Source: Squalus acanthias | Taxonomy: Eukaryota | Reading direction: 5' to 3' | Assembly (NCBI GenBank): GCA_030390025.1 | Contig: CM059425.1 | Location: forward strand, 178,376,001 to 178,440,000 | DNA: 64,000 nucleotides | Part shown: positions 52,871 through 64,000 of the stretch, in pieces | Layout: each line of letters begins with the position of its first letter | Numbering within the stretch: position 1 is the stretch's first letter | The notes under the pieces: generated by a model | The model's database searches: none | What the model saw: only the letters and a program-made list of their open reading frames with translations | Told to the model about the DNA's origin: nothing | Translations under genes and position numbers: made by a program

Positions 52871-54736
52871 AGAACATAAGTGTACCCTTTCCTGTATGAC
52901 TATAATTTCCATTAATGCACAGCAGCTCAAAAAAGTGACCTTAAGCCAATGTACTCTTTCTTCACATAATGTTTCCCCATGGTAACTAAATGTGCCTTTC
53001 CTTCTCTTTTTTTAGAGCTTCTCCTAGGTACTACCTGAGGACCAGTATTGTGAGAGATCATTGGCTGCTCCTCTGGTACAAAAGACTTACGAGAATGAAA
53101 TGGCTCTCCTTTCATGGTGGCTTGCTGTTGGGAGGGAGATGTTGATATCACCCTGTGAAAGTGGAGGAAAAAGGTGAAGGAATGGTTTGTAAGATTCTGC
53201 ATGCAAGTAATTATTGTTAAGGGAGATGGCAACTTTGAATTAGTGCTTACCTTAACCACGGTGCAGTGTAAAGGATGACTTGTGCAGTTAGTCATTTTAG
53301 AAGGTGAAGTGTGCTATTGCCAAAGGAAGAAATGGGACAGTGGCCAGTCTGTTACCTTTCCTGCCCTCAGCAGGCTATTGAACTTTTCGGGCACCCGTTT
53401 GCAGTACTGGGCATGAGAGGTGAGCCACCGCCACCTCTGTTCACATGTCATATGAGACATTTTTCTCTGGTTTCCAACCATGGGCATCCAGATGCCTTTC
53501 CTTTGCTGCATCTCATCCAGGAGCATCTGCAGGTAGATCCCATTGGAATTGTGTGCTCTTCTGCCCTCTTACAATGCCCGGCTCCCTTCTTTGGGTGCCT
53601 CTGCCAAGTGCTTCCATTACAAAAGACAGTCAACTCATCGTACGAAATACCCTCTAACTTACCTGCTGCCCCTTGAACCTGCTATTGCAATCTTCAGCCA
53701 TCCTCGACATTTTAATAGCTGCCCTTCTAAGTTCTAGCCCCTCCCCCAGCACAATACTCCTGTGTTATACAGGAGTTGAGCTACTGAACTACCATAGGAT
53801 ATTTAAATGAGCTAAGCTCACAATTTACAGTGGAGTTAGCACTGGACAGCAGATGTCTCGACTCAGTGCAACTGGCGGAAAGGACCCCGTGAAATTTTGG
53901 GGCTTCGATATTAAAGGCAATGGTTTTCATACACTTTCATTTTTACTTGCTTTTTTCAGATTGAAAGATTTGTTACAAGTTAAATCCTGAATGATTCCAA
54001 TTGCATAAATTTGGGAAGCAGCTTTTTCCTGTCTCATCCATGTGGAGAGAATAATCAGAGACACACAAATAGAAAGGAGAGCTGCTTATGTATGGGAGTC
54101 AAAGGTTGTTGGAAATATTTTTCTACAGCAAAGCTAAAACTTGAAGGTCTTGTCTGCACTTCAAATCCTTATGTAAAGTGGGAGCCCTGGTGACATGATC
54201 TCTTCACATCTGCTGAACAAACCATGGTATTGTTTTGAGTTTCACACCCAGAATTATCAACTTAACAGTTACAATAAAATAACCAAGTTTCATGAACTGG
54301 AGACATATTAACCTTGGACCAAATATCTTTTTTCTCTGTTGAGTACAATGTTTATTAATCTAGACACCTGCACGGATTGTTGCTATTTCTCTATCTGCTG
54401 AGGAGTGGAGGGGGGGGGGGAGTTGCCGGGGGGGTCAACAGACAGATCAAGGGCAACCTTGTCAGCAACTCGTTAAACATGCAAAACTGTTAAAAGTTGA
54501 ACATTTTGTAGAACTATACAAAAAAAATGTTCTGTGAAAAGATCACAAGCTCAGTAGTTACACCAAGGCAGCTCACAATTAAGGGCAGATCACAAGACTT
54601 TATAATTACAATACAACCCGTACCTCATAGGTTCTCTTTTGATGAAGGTTAAGAGCAGAAAGTTGTGTAATTAATGTGTTTGCATTTTGATTCTGTTTGA
54701 GAGTTTAACAAGAAAATAAGCTTTGTAGAACATAAT

Positions 54737-55480
54737 GGCCCAGAAATTGATCTCGCTCTGTTCCCGCGGGGGTAAGGCTTCCCCGCGATCTCTCACTCCG
54801 CGTGTGCTTTTTCAGATCCAGCTCGCACGAACTTGATGTTCCAGACATCAGCTGGGCAGTGCTTGCGTATCCCACCGGCGTAGTGAATTCGTGCGAGCTG
54901 TGGGATCACGTGACTCAGTTAGAGCCAATGGCAGCACACCATCTTCCATTCATAAGTTTCACATACGTGCTGTGAAATCTATGAATCTTACACCCCCCCA
55001 AAATAACAGCTAAACCTCAATTAATTTTTTTTTAAAAACCATCACATTAATAAAATAAGTATAGTTAAATAAATTAACCATTTTAAATAAAAAATTAAAT
55101 TTTTGAAAAAATTTAAAATCTTTTAAAAAGTTATAAAAATAAACTTACCTGTCTTTAAAGTCTCTAAAAAAGATATACCTGTTAAAAAAAATTCAAAAAA
55201 ATACTTAATTCACTACTTACCTTGTTAAAAGTGGGTCTTACTCCTCCTTTTTCCATTTCTAAAATCTTCCGTACTTACCTGCGCGTCCAAAGCACGAAGT
55301 GCACAGCGTGCGCGCAGCCTGTAGCGCGCACGCGATGCACTGAGGAACCGCCCCCTTTTCAAAAGACCAAGTGCCGGTTTTCAGCGCATGCGCAGGGCAT
55401 GCAGAAAACCGGCAATTGGAGAGAGAATACGCGAGAGTACGCAGTGCGTACTCTCGCGTCGCGGGATGAATTTTTGGCCC
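54737..55480. mobile_element. Harbinger-type MITE
   Basis: TIR GGCCCAGAAATT versus GGGCCAAAAATT; AAT TSD; AT-rich core. Confidence 0.7.
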
Positions 55481-55529
55481 AATATTTGTATTTGTTTCAA
55501 AGTGCAACATTTTTGCTCATTTCTGCGAT

Positions 55530-57597
55530 TATAGAATCATAGAGTGATACAGCACATACAGCTATTCAGCTCAACATGCCTGTGCCGGCTCTTTGGTAGA
55601 GCTATCCAATTAATCCCACTGCCCTGCTCTTTCCCCATAGCCCTGTAAATGTTTTCCCTTCGAGTATTTATCCAATTCTCTTTTAAATGTTACTATTGAA
55701 TCTGCTTCCACATCCCTTTCAGGCAGTGGATTCCAGATCATAACAACTTGCTGTGTAAAAAAAAGTTTCCTCATGTCACTTTTGATTCTTTTGTCTTAAA
55801 TCCATGTCCTCTGGTTACCAACCCTCTGCCACTGGAAACAGTTTCTCCTTATTTACTCTATTAAAACTATTCATGATTTTGAATACCTGAATCAAATCTC
55901 CTCTTGCCTTAATACAAAGGCGAAATACTGCCGATGCTGGAAATCTGAAATATAAACTGAAAATGGTGAAAATACTCAGCAGGCCAGGCAGCCTCTGTGG
56001 AGAGAGAAACACAGTTAACGTTTCAAGCAGTGACCTTTTGTCAGAACTGGAAAATGTTAGAGATGTATCAGGTTTTAAGCAAGCAGAGAGGCAGTGAAAG
56101 GGGGTTGGAGGGGAGGAAAGAACAAAGGGGAAGATCTGTGATATGGTGGAAGGCAGGCGTGATTAAATGAACAGCAGAATCATTACCACCAACTGCTGTC
56201 CGAAAAAATGGGAAAAGTGGTTATGATCTGAAATTGTTGAAGTCGATGATGAATCCGGAAGATTGTAAAGTGCCGAATCCAAAGATGAGGTGCTGTTTCT
56301 CGAGTTTCCATTGAGCTTCATTAGCAGGAGGACAAGGACAGAGAGGTCAGAGTGGGAGTGGGACGGAGAATTAAAATAGCAAGCAGAGTCATGTTTGCAG
56401 ACTGAACGGAGGTGTCAACAAAGCGATCACTCAATCTGCATTTGGTCTCCCCAATATAGGAGACCGCTTCGTGAGCAGTGAATACAGTATATTAAATTAA
56501 ATAAGTACAAGTAAATCTCTGTTTCACTTGGAAGGAGTGTTTGGGACACTGGACAGTGGGAATGGAGGAGGTGAAAGGGCAGGTGTTGCATCTCCTGCAC
56601 GTGCATGGGAAGGTGTCGTGGGAAGGGGAGTGGGTGTTGGGAGTGATGCAATAGTGGACCAGGGTGTAGCAGAGGGAACGGTCCCTTCAGAATGCTGAAA
56701 GGGAAGGGGAAGATGTGTTTGGTGGTGGCATTGCGCTGGAGGCAGCTTCTCTGCTCTAAGGAGAACAATCCCAGCTTCTCCAGTCCCTCTACATAACTGA
56801 AGTCCCTCATCCCTGGTACCATTCCAGTAAATCTCTTCTGCACCCTCTCCAAGGCCTTGACATACTAAAATGTAGTGTCCAGAATTGGACGCAATACTCT
56901 AGCTGAGACCTAACCAGCGTTTTATAAAGGTTTAGCATAACTTCCTTGCTTTTGTGCTCCATGTCTCTATTAGTAAAGCCAAGGATCCCATATGCTTTTT
57001 GAACAGCCTTCTCAAGTTGTCCTGTCACCTTAAAAGATTTGTGTACATACACCCCCAGGTCTCTCTGTTCCTGCACCCCCTTTAAAATTGTACCACTTAG
57101 TTCACATTGCCTCTCCTCATTCTTCCTACTAAAATGTATCACTTCACACTTCTCTGTGTTAAGTTTCATCTTCCATGTGTCTGCCCATTTTACCAATCTG
57201 TCTATGTCCTCCTGAAGTCTGTTACTATCCTCCTCATTGTTTCATACATTTCTGGATTTCATGTTATCTGCAAACTTTAAAATTCTGCCCTGTATACCCA
57301 AATCCAGGTTATTAATATATGTCAAAAAGAGCAGTGATCCTAATACCGATCCCCGGGGAACACCACTGTATACTTCCCTCCAGTCTGAAAAACAACCGTT
57401 CACCACTACTCTCTGCTTTCTGCCCCTTAGCCAATCTTGTATCCATGCTGCCACTGTCACTTTAATCCCATGGGCTTTAATTTTGCTAACAAATCTATTA
57501 TATGGTACTTTGTCAAACAACTTTTGAAAGTCCATATACACAACATTAACCGCACTACCCTCATCAACCCTCTCCGTTACTTCATCAAAGAACTCGA
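55530..57597 (-). mobile_element. CR1 RT and 3' end, interrupted by a Penelope 3' fragment (~55909-56741)
   Basis: CR1 motifs YMDFQK and QLEYCVQFW on both sides; the insert resembles 50961-51915. Confidence 0.88.
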
Positions 57598-57692
57598 TCC
57601 GCGCATGTACAGTTGTTGGAAAGTCACAATCACAACTTTAATTTCTTGCTGTGGACCTTCACTAATACAAGGGCAGTAATCACATTGTAAGC

Positions 57693-58110
57693 AACAACAA
57701 CAACTTGTATTTATATAGCACCTTTAACGTAGTAAAACATCACAAGGTGCTTCACAGGAGCGTTATCAAACAAAATATGACACCGAGCAACATTAGGGCA
57801 GATGACCTTGGTCAAAGAGGTAGGTTTCAAGGAGCGTCTTAAAGGAGGAGAGAGAGGTTTAGGAAGGGAATTCCAGAGCTTAGGGCCTTGGCAGCTGAGG
57901 GTTCTAGGGCTGGAAATTACAGAGATAGGGAGGGGCGAGGTCATGGAGGGATTTGAAAACAAGGATAAGAATTTTTAAATCGAGGTGTTGCTTAACAGGG
58001 AGCCAATGTAGGTTAGGGAGGACAGGGGTGACAGGTGAACGGGACTTGGAGTGAGTTTGTACACGGGCAGCAGAGTTTTGGATGACCTCAAGTTTACGGC
58101 AGGTAGAAAA
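57693..58110 (-). mobile_element. L2 LINE 3' end (second copy ~61549-61775)
   Basis: LEVIQNSAARV..SPVTPVL..LHWLPV; tail GCTATATAAATACAAG(TTG)n. Confidence 0.82.
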
Positions 58111-58544
58111 TTTACGGAGGGCATAAACATTCAAGCTAAGAGCTTAGCCTTCCCACAGGCAGAAACTTTGATGTCCAGCAGCATAGCGTCCCAACAGCGG
58201 CACCTATTTGTGTTTGGCACTGACAGTGTTGCATTTCCAGGGGTATATGGAGGAATTTTCGTAGTGTCACCAGAGACACTAGTGCTGCCTTACTTATGTT
58301 ACTGAAGACAGGGCTGCTCTCCTTGGCAGCACTATGCAGTAGGAGGATCTTAACTTTCCCACTAAACTAGGTCTTTCTACTAAATTGTCAACTTCCATCA
58401 ATTTAATCTCTCCAGGTATACTGAATTTATCTGGTAACTTTCAAAATATAGGTGGTTTAGATGGGATGTCCAAGCTTCTGTCTTGAAGGGCCACATAGGT
58501 TCATACCATGAAGTCTCAGGGCCACATATGATGTTTGAGTCAAT

Positions 58545-59943
58545 GGGGCTGAATTTTCCGGGGTGGTAGCGGACGAGATCGGTGACGGGTCAGGTGGGAA
58601 AGTTGTTATTTTTGACAGCGGGTTGGGAACCCGCTGTCATCTCGCTCCCACGCACCTTTCCCACGGGCGCATCTGTCAGCATGGAGCCGACCCGACCTGC
58701 AGCAGCGGGTGACCCAATTGAAATCATTATGACGTAGTTTACAGGCACTTAAGAGCCTTTCCCCCCCCCCCCCCCCCCCCCCCCCACCCCCCTACTTTTT
58801 AAATTTCCTTGCATGGCCACGGGATTCACGCAGCTTGGGAACTACATCTGTCAACCTGAGACGTGAGTTCCGTGGCCATTGCTCCAGCTGATTACTTGAC
58901 AGCATGGAAAACAAACCAAAATAAAAACCATGTTGATTACATCAGCTAACAGATTGATGGAGATTCTGTTCTACTTGAAAAGGTACTGGTAAATGTTAAC
59001 TCAGAAATTCCTGAAGGGATTTAAGTGCTACCCTGGATGGTGAGGGAAATACATTTTTCACTGGCCATTCTTGGCTGTTGTCCTCCAACTCAACAGTAAT
59101 TGCAGTGAATTGATCTGCCCTATAAAAAATGACATATACCATTTAAATAAATTTGTGTGTTGTTTCTGGTCAAGTTTTTCTCACAGTATACTGTGATTGT
59201 CCAGTTACACTTTAAATCAAGTCATCAACCATAACAATTTCATTCTCATCACTCATTCCACTGGTTCAATTTGCTTTCAGTCCCTGAATATGACTAATTT
59301 AATTTTTCAGTCTGAGACTTTAGGGTGAATTTCTGCGGAGGTTCTCTCACTTGTCCATTGCTAACACCAGTTACACTGTTTGTCAGGGATTCCTCAGCTC
59401 TTCCGTTGAACTTGCATGAGATTGTAAATCTACCCCTTTATAATTATGTTTAAAATCTGCTTAATTTTATGTATTACCTATACACACCCATCTTTTATTT
59501 GTACCAGTTACTGACACAAAAGTCTATAGATTTGTGACTAAAACACCATTAACTTCCCAATTAATGTACTTTTTAAATTATGTTCTGGATCGTATTTGTA
59601 GGTGGCATCATATTACTTAATAATTTTATTAAAATATTTCTTTGTCACTCATATATAACTTTTATTATATTATTGTAGAGTAAAGATTCAACACCCACTA
59701 TGTTAGATTAAACTTAAAATATAATGTGACAATGGTCCCTTTAAGGATCCCGGCTTAAAACGTGTTATGAATGACATCATCAGACCCGCTCCATCTAATT
59801 GGTCCGGGTAACTCGCTGGGCGGGCTTATTAAGCCCCATTAGGTAAGTTCATTTACTACAGCGGGATGAAGCCAGCAGCGGAGTCGTGACCCGCCATGGA
59901 CACCGGCCGCACTGGACCCGCCAAGGTAAGGAAAATTCCGGCC
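58545..59943. mobile_element. Non-autonomous Harbinger-like element, ~1.4 kb
   Basis: Termini GGGCTGAATTTTCC / GGAAAATTCCGGCC; GC-rich subterminal ACCCG/CGGGT repeats; AT-rich interior. Confidence 0.6.
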
Positions 59944-60639
59944 ATTGTTTCCATGTATCTTAGGCCGATGATACTAACAAATCTTAGGATTGCTGCCTCA
60001 TTGGTGAATAAATCCTAACAGTCCTTTCCAAACCTTCAAGCTCATAAGATTCAAAAACGTAAATCAGCTGTCACATTTTGAGGTTTCAAACTATGCTGCC
60101 ACAAATGTGGGGGGGTGGGGGGTGCTTGTTGTAATATATGTTAAAAATGCTATAATTGAGTTCAACTTCACTTCAAGTAAATTCACAGGATAGCAGGAGT
60201 TAAAGGGATATATTAGGTTACAGATGAAAATCTGAACCAGCATGCTGTAGACAATGATAGATAGTTTGACATTCCAGTGACCATTCACACTCATTGCTGC
60301 TGCATCAGCTCTATTCATTTGAACTCAACAGGGTTCATTACCAAGTTAGGCTGGTGGATTCCATTATTGTGGGGCGTAATCAGTTTGACTAAAAGCTGAT
60401 ACGATTCAGGCTTTTGAGATCGTTACATAGGCAAGAGGCTTGTCAGGCAACAAGTAGCTACCAGAACGATGGAATACAGAAAGGAGTAGTTAGAAAATTA
60501 GCTTGAAGTCAAGCAAGGCAACCCACTGAAGTAGGGTAGCACAGCACATTCATTGTTTTTATATTATTGCAGAAAGACAAGTTGTATTGATGGAAATAAG
60601 TAAATCCAACCATAACTGTAGTTCTGCATGCTAACCTGA

Positions 60640-61432
60640 TGGGAATGCCGTTGAATGTCATGGGAAGGTGGTTAGACTCTCGCTTGTTGGAGATAGTCAT
60701 TGCCTGGCACTTCTGTGGCGCGAATGTTACCTGCCACTTATCAGCCCAAGCCTGAACGTCGTCCAAATCTTGTTGCATGCGGGCATGGACTGCTTCATTA
60801 TCTGAGGAGTTGTGAATGGCGCTGAACACTGTGCAGTCATCAGTGAACATCCCCATTTCTGACCTTATGTTGGAGGGAAGGTCATTGATGAAGCAGCTGA
60901 AGATGGTTGGGCCTAGGACACTGCCCTGAGGAACTCCTGCAGCGATGTCCTGGGGCTGTGATGATTGACCTTCAATCACCACAACCATCTTCCTTTGTGC
61001 AAGGTATGACTCCAGCCAGTGGAGCGTTTTCCCCCTGATTCCCATTGACTTCAGTTTTACTAGGGCTCCTTGATGCCACACTCGGTCAAATGCTGCCTTG
61101 ATGTCAAGGGTAGTCACTCTCACCTCACCTCTGGAATTCAGCTCTTTTGTCCATGTTTGGACCAAGGCTGTAATGAGGTCGGGAGCTGAGTGCTCTTGGC
61201 GGAACCCAAACTGGGCATCAGTGAGCAGGTTATTGGTGAGTAAGTGCCGCTTGATAGCACTGTCGATGACACCTTCCATCACTTTGCTGATGATTGAGAG
61301 TAGACTGATGGGGCAGTAATTGGCCGTGTTGGATTTGTCCTGCTTTTTGTGGACAGGACATACCTGGGCAGTTTTCCACATTGTCGGATAGATGCCAGTG
61401 TTATAGCTGTACTGGAACAGCTTGGCTAGAGG
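60640..61432 (-). mobile_element. CR1-group LINE RT fragment (family of 3822-5268)
   Basis: ORF with PISLLS, QFGFR, DIKAAFDRVWH, GVPQGSVLGP and FTDD. Confidence 0.9.
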
Positions 61433-62411
61433 CGCGAGTCTCCTTTACAGTCACCCTTTCAAGCAAGCTGGCAGCATCAGTGAGCACTGCTATAGCTAAT
61501 CTGCTAGCTTCTGGCCATTTAAACTTGCTGCTGGAAATACAGGAAACAGCAACAACAACTTGTATTTATATAGCACCTTTAATGTAGTAAAATGCCCCAA
61601 GGCGCTTCACAGGAGCGTTATCAAACAAAATTTGACACCGTGTCACATAAGGAGATATTAGAACAGGTGACCAAAAGCTTGGTCAAAGAGGTAGGTTTTA
61701 AGGAGCGGCTTAAAGGAGGAGAGACAGGTAGAGAGGTGGAGAGGCTTAAGGAGGGAATTCCAGAGTTTAGAGCCTTACACAATTCAGACTACCCTCGCAA
61801 GGTCAGAAGGAGACCACAAGCTAGTAATGCCTCCCAGCGCCCCACAAAGGGCTGTAACCTTACCCAATATGGGCATAGGAACCTTGATATCATCAATTCA
61901 ACCATCCCCCAGCAATTCGCCAAACACACAGTTCCCAACATGCCCACTGCCATACCAACTAACCTTAAATGTGCAAATATTTTCTCCTGTGTACCATATG
62001 ACAAAACTGTACAGTGACTTTACAAAATATATCTATGTATTCTCTATTTTTAAAAAAGTCCTCAGTACCCTAGGTTACAAATTTCAGGTCTGTCTTAGAT
62101 ATTCTCTCGGGTCTAGCACCACGGGTCACTCCTGCACCTCATGTTTAGGAGTGTTTCTGCACTGTCCAATATCTAATCATATGAACCCCTTTGTGATCTG
62201 AACCACATGTCTGTCGCACATAGCCTCACATGCATTTTTCCAATCGTTCAACAATGCCAGATATGAATTGAAAAGTTACTTTATTTTATAGGCAGCATGT
62301 GAATGTTCAGAAGTGAACATTCAGAGCAACAGTTATAGTCAAAACTCATTACTTCATTTGACTTCAAATCCCTTATGAAAAAAAATAATAAACCAAGCCA
62401 CCCTATCGTAT

Positions 62412-63764
62412 AAAAAAGAGAAGTCGCACAACACCAGGTTATAGTCCAACAGTTTTATTTGAAATCACAAGCTTTCGGAGCTTTCGTGGCCCCTTCGTCA
62501 GGTGAAGTGAAGAAATACAGAATCGACAAAGCATATATAGATAGAGAACAATGCATGTGTAACTTACAATGGCAGACGACTACATTTAATCATCCTGACT
62601 GTTTATCTGCCGACGTGTGACAAAAGGCAATCAGGTCAGCCAGGAAGGCACCACATCAAAGACATAGCAAGATACAACTGAGACAATGAGGTGGAGTTAC
62701 AGGGGGTCTAATGTGTCAAAAGCTGCAGTCGGTATGTAAAACGATAAACTTTAAAATTTTTACTTTTTTACTGGGAATCACATCTGTGAACAAGCCAACG
62801 ACGACTCGAGTCTGGATCACGTCATGTATCGTGACATAAACCCAAGATCCCGGTTGAGGCCGTCCTCATGAGTGCGGAACTTGGCTATCAGTTTCTGCTC
62901 GATGATTTTGCGTTGTCGTGTGTTTCTAAGGCCGCCATGGAGAACGCTTACCCGCAGATCTGAGGCTGAATGTCCTTGACTGCTGAAGTGTTCCCCGACT
63001 GGGAGGTAACAATCCTGCCTGGCGATTGTTGCGCGGTGTCCGTTCATACGTTGTCTCAGTGTCTGCAGACACTGAGACAACGTATGAACGGACACCGCGC
63101 AACAATCGCCAGGCAGGATTGTTACCTCCCAGTCGGGGAACACTTCAGCAGTCAAGGACATTCAGCCTCGGATCTGCGGGTAAGCGTTCTCCAAGGCGGC
63201 CTTAGAAACACACGACAACGCAAAATCATCGAGCAGAAACTGATAGCCAAGTTCCGCACTCATGAGGACGGCCTCACGGCCTCAACCGGGATCTTGGGTT
63301 TATGTCACGATACATGATGTGATCCAGACTCGAGTCGTCGTTGGCTTGTTCACAGATGTGATTCCCAGTAAAAAAGTAAAAATTTTAAAGTTTATCGTTT
63401 TACATACCGACTACAGCTTTTGACACATTAGACTCCCTGTAACTCCACCTCATTGTCTCAGTTGTATCTTGCTATGTCTTTGATGTGGTGCCTTCCTGGC
63501 TGACCTGATTGCCTTTTGTCACACCTCGGCAGATAAACAGTCAGGATGATTAAATGTAGTCGTCTGCCATTGTAAGTTACACATGCATTGTTCTCTATCT
63601 ATATATGCTTTGTCGATTCTGTATTTCTTCACTTCACCTGACGAAGGGGCCACGAAAGCTCCGAAAGCTTGTGATTTCAAATAAAACTGTTGGACTATAA
63701 CCTGGTGTTGTGCGACTTCTCTTTTTTGTCCACCCCAGTCCAACACCGGCATCTCCGCATCATT
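62412..63764. mobile_element. Palindromic Penelope-like insertion (GIY-YIG C-terminus plus pLTR on both arms)
   Basis: Arms 62412-63065 and 63066-63727 with no spacer; 37-nt tail; 12-bp TSD ACCCTATCGTAT (62400-62411 / 63765-63776); LRQRMNGHR..VGEHF..IEQKLI..GLN. Confidence 0.92.
63634..63674 (+). ncRNA. Minimal type I hammerhead ribozyme motif (mirror copy 62465-62505 on minus)
   Basis: TCAC-CTGACGA-A-GGGGC(CACGAAA)GCTCC-GAAA-GC-TT-GTGA. Confidence 0.72.
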
Positions 63765-64000
63765 ACCCTATCGTATGTTAGTGGCTAACTTAATTTTCTT
63801 GGTTAGCTTTCTGGTTCTGATCAGCTCTGAGCTTAAGATGAGCAACTTTTCCCTCACTAAGCCAAGCTTCCTTCCCAGGCTTAATTGGACTGGTTTAGCC
63901 CATGTGTTTCTTGCTTTGTTTTGTCCAGGAAGTCAGAGGGCTTGGCTTCTGAACGTCCCCTTGACCAGATGTTGGTTAGTAGAGCTGCCGATTACACTAG

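Larger units (their letters stand above)
50200..53905. pseudogene. Highly decayed Harbinger H5 (transposase remnant + ~50200-50720; Myb exon - ~53314-53560), split by a Penelope element
   Basis: DDKVYPLLPWIM, FNEAHAATR and IVVACCALYN remnants; minus strand KFNSLLRAGK followed by a GT donor. Confidence 0.6.

Noticed and set aside
58760..58793. Long poly-C run
   Set aside because: Homopolymer inside a transposon; length unreliable and no function supported.
61790..62201. Overlapping 124-141 aa ORFs in unique sequence
   Set aside because: No recognisable domain or clear splice structure; one ORF starts inside an L2 tail.
62817..63317. Two ORFs with near-identical N-termini on opposite strands
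   Set aside because: A consequence of the palindrome; only the C-terminal GIY-YIG half is real coding remnant.

Overview
Vertebrate genomic DNA, most likely a cartilaginous fish (inferred from the repeat families). It is mostly nested transposable elements, and I can recognise no host gene. Contents: (1) many CR1 LINE fragments, including one near-full-length copy, plus a second CR1-group LINE family, L2 tails and SINEs. (2) Five PIF/Harbinger elements or remnants with convergent transposase and Myb/SANT genes; one retains a fully open three-exon 481-aa Myb gene. Several Harbinger- and hAT-type MITEs are also present. (3) Two Penelope-like families carrying minimal hammerhead ribozyme motifs, one forming a spacerless ~1.3-kb palindrome with a 12-bp target-site duplication (TSD). 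(4) An internally deleted endogenous retrovirus with a tRNA-Ser primer-binding site, whose env-like ORF appears to get its ATG from a 17-nt coding leader next to the PBS by splicing. All family assignments come from reading motifs by eye; no database searches were run. Boundaries of old elements are approximate.
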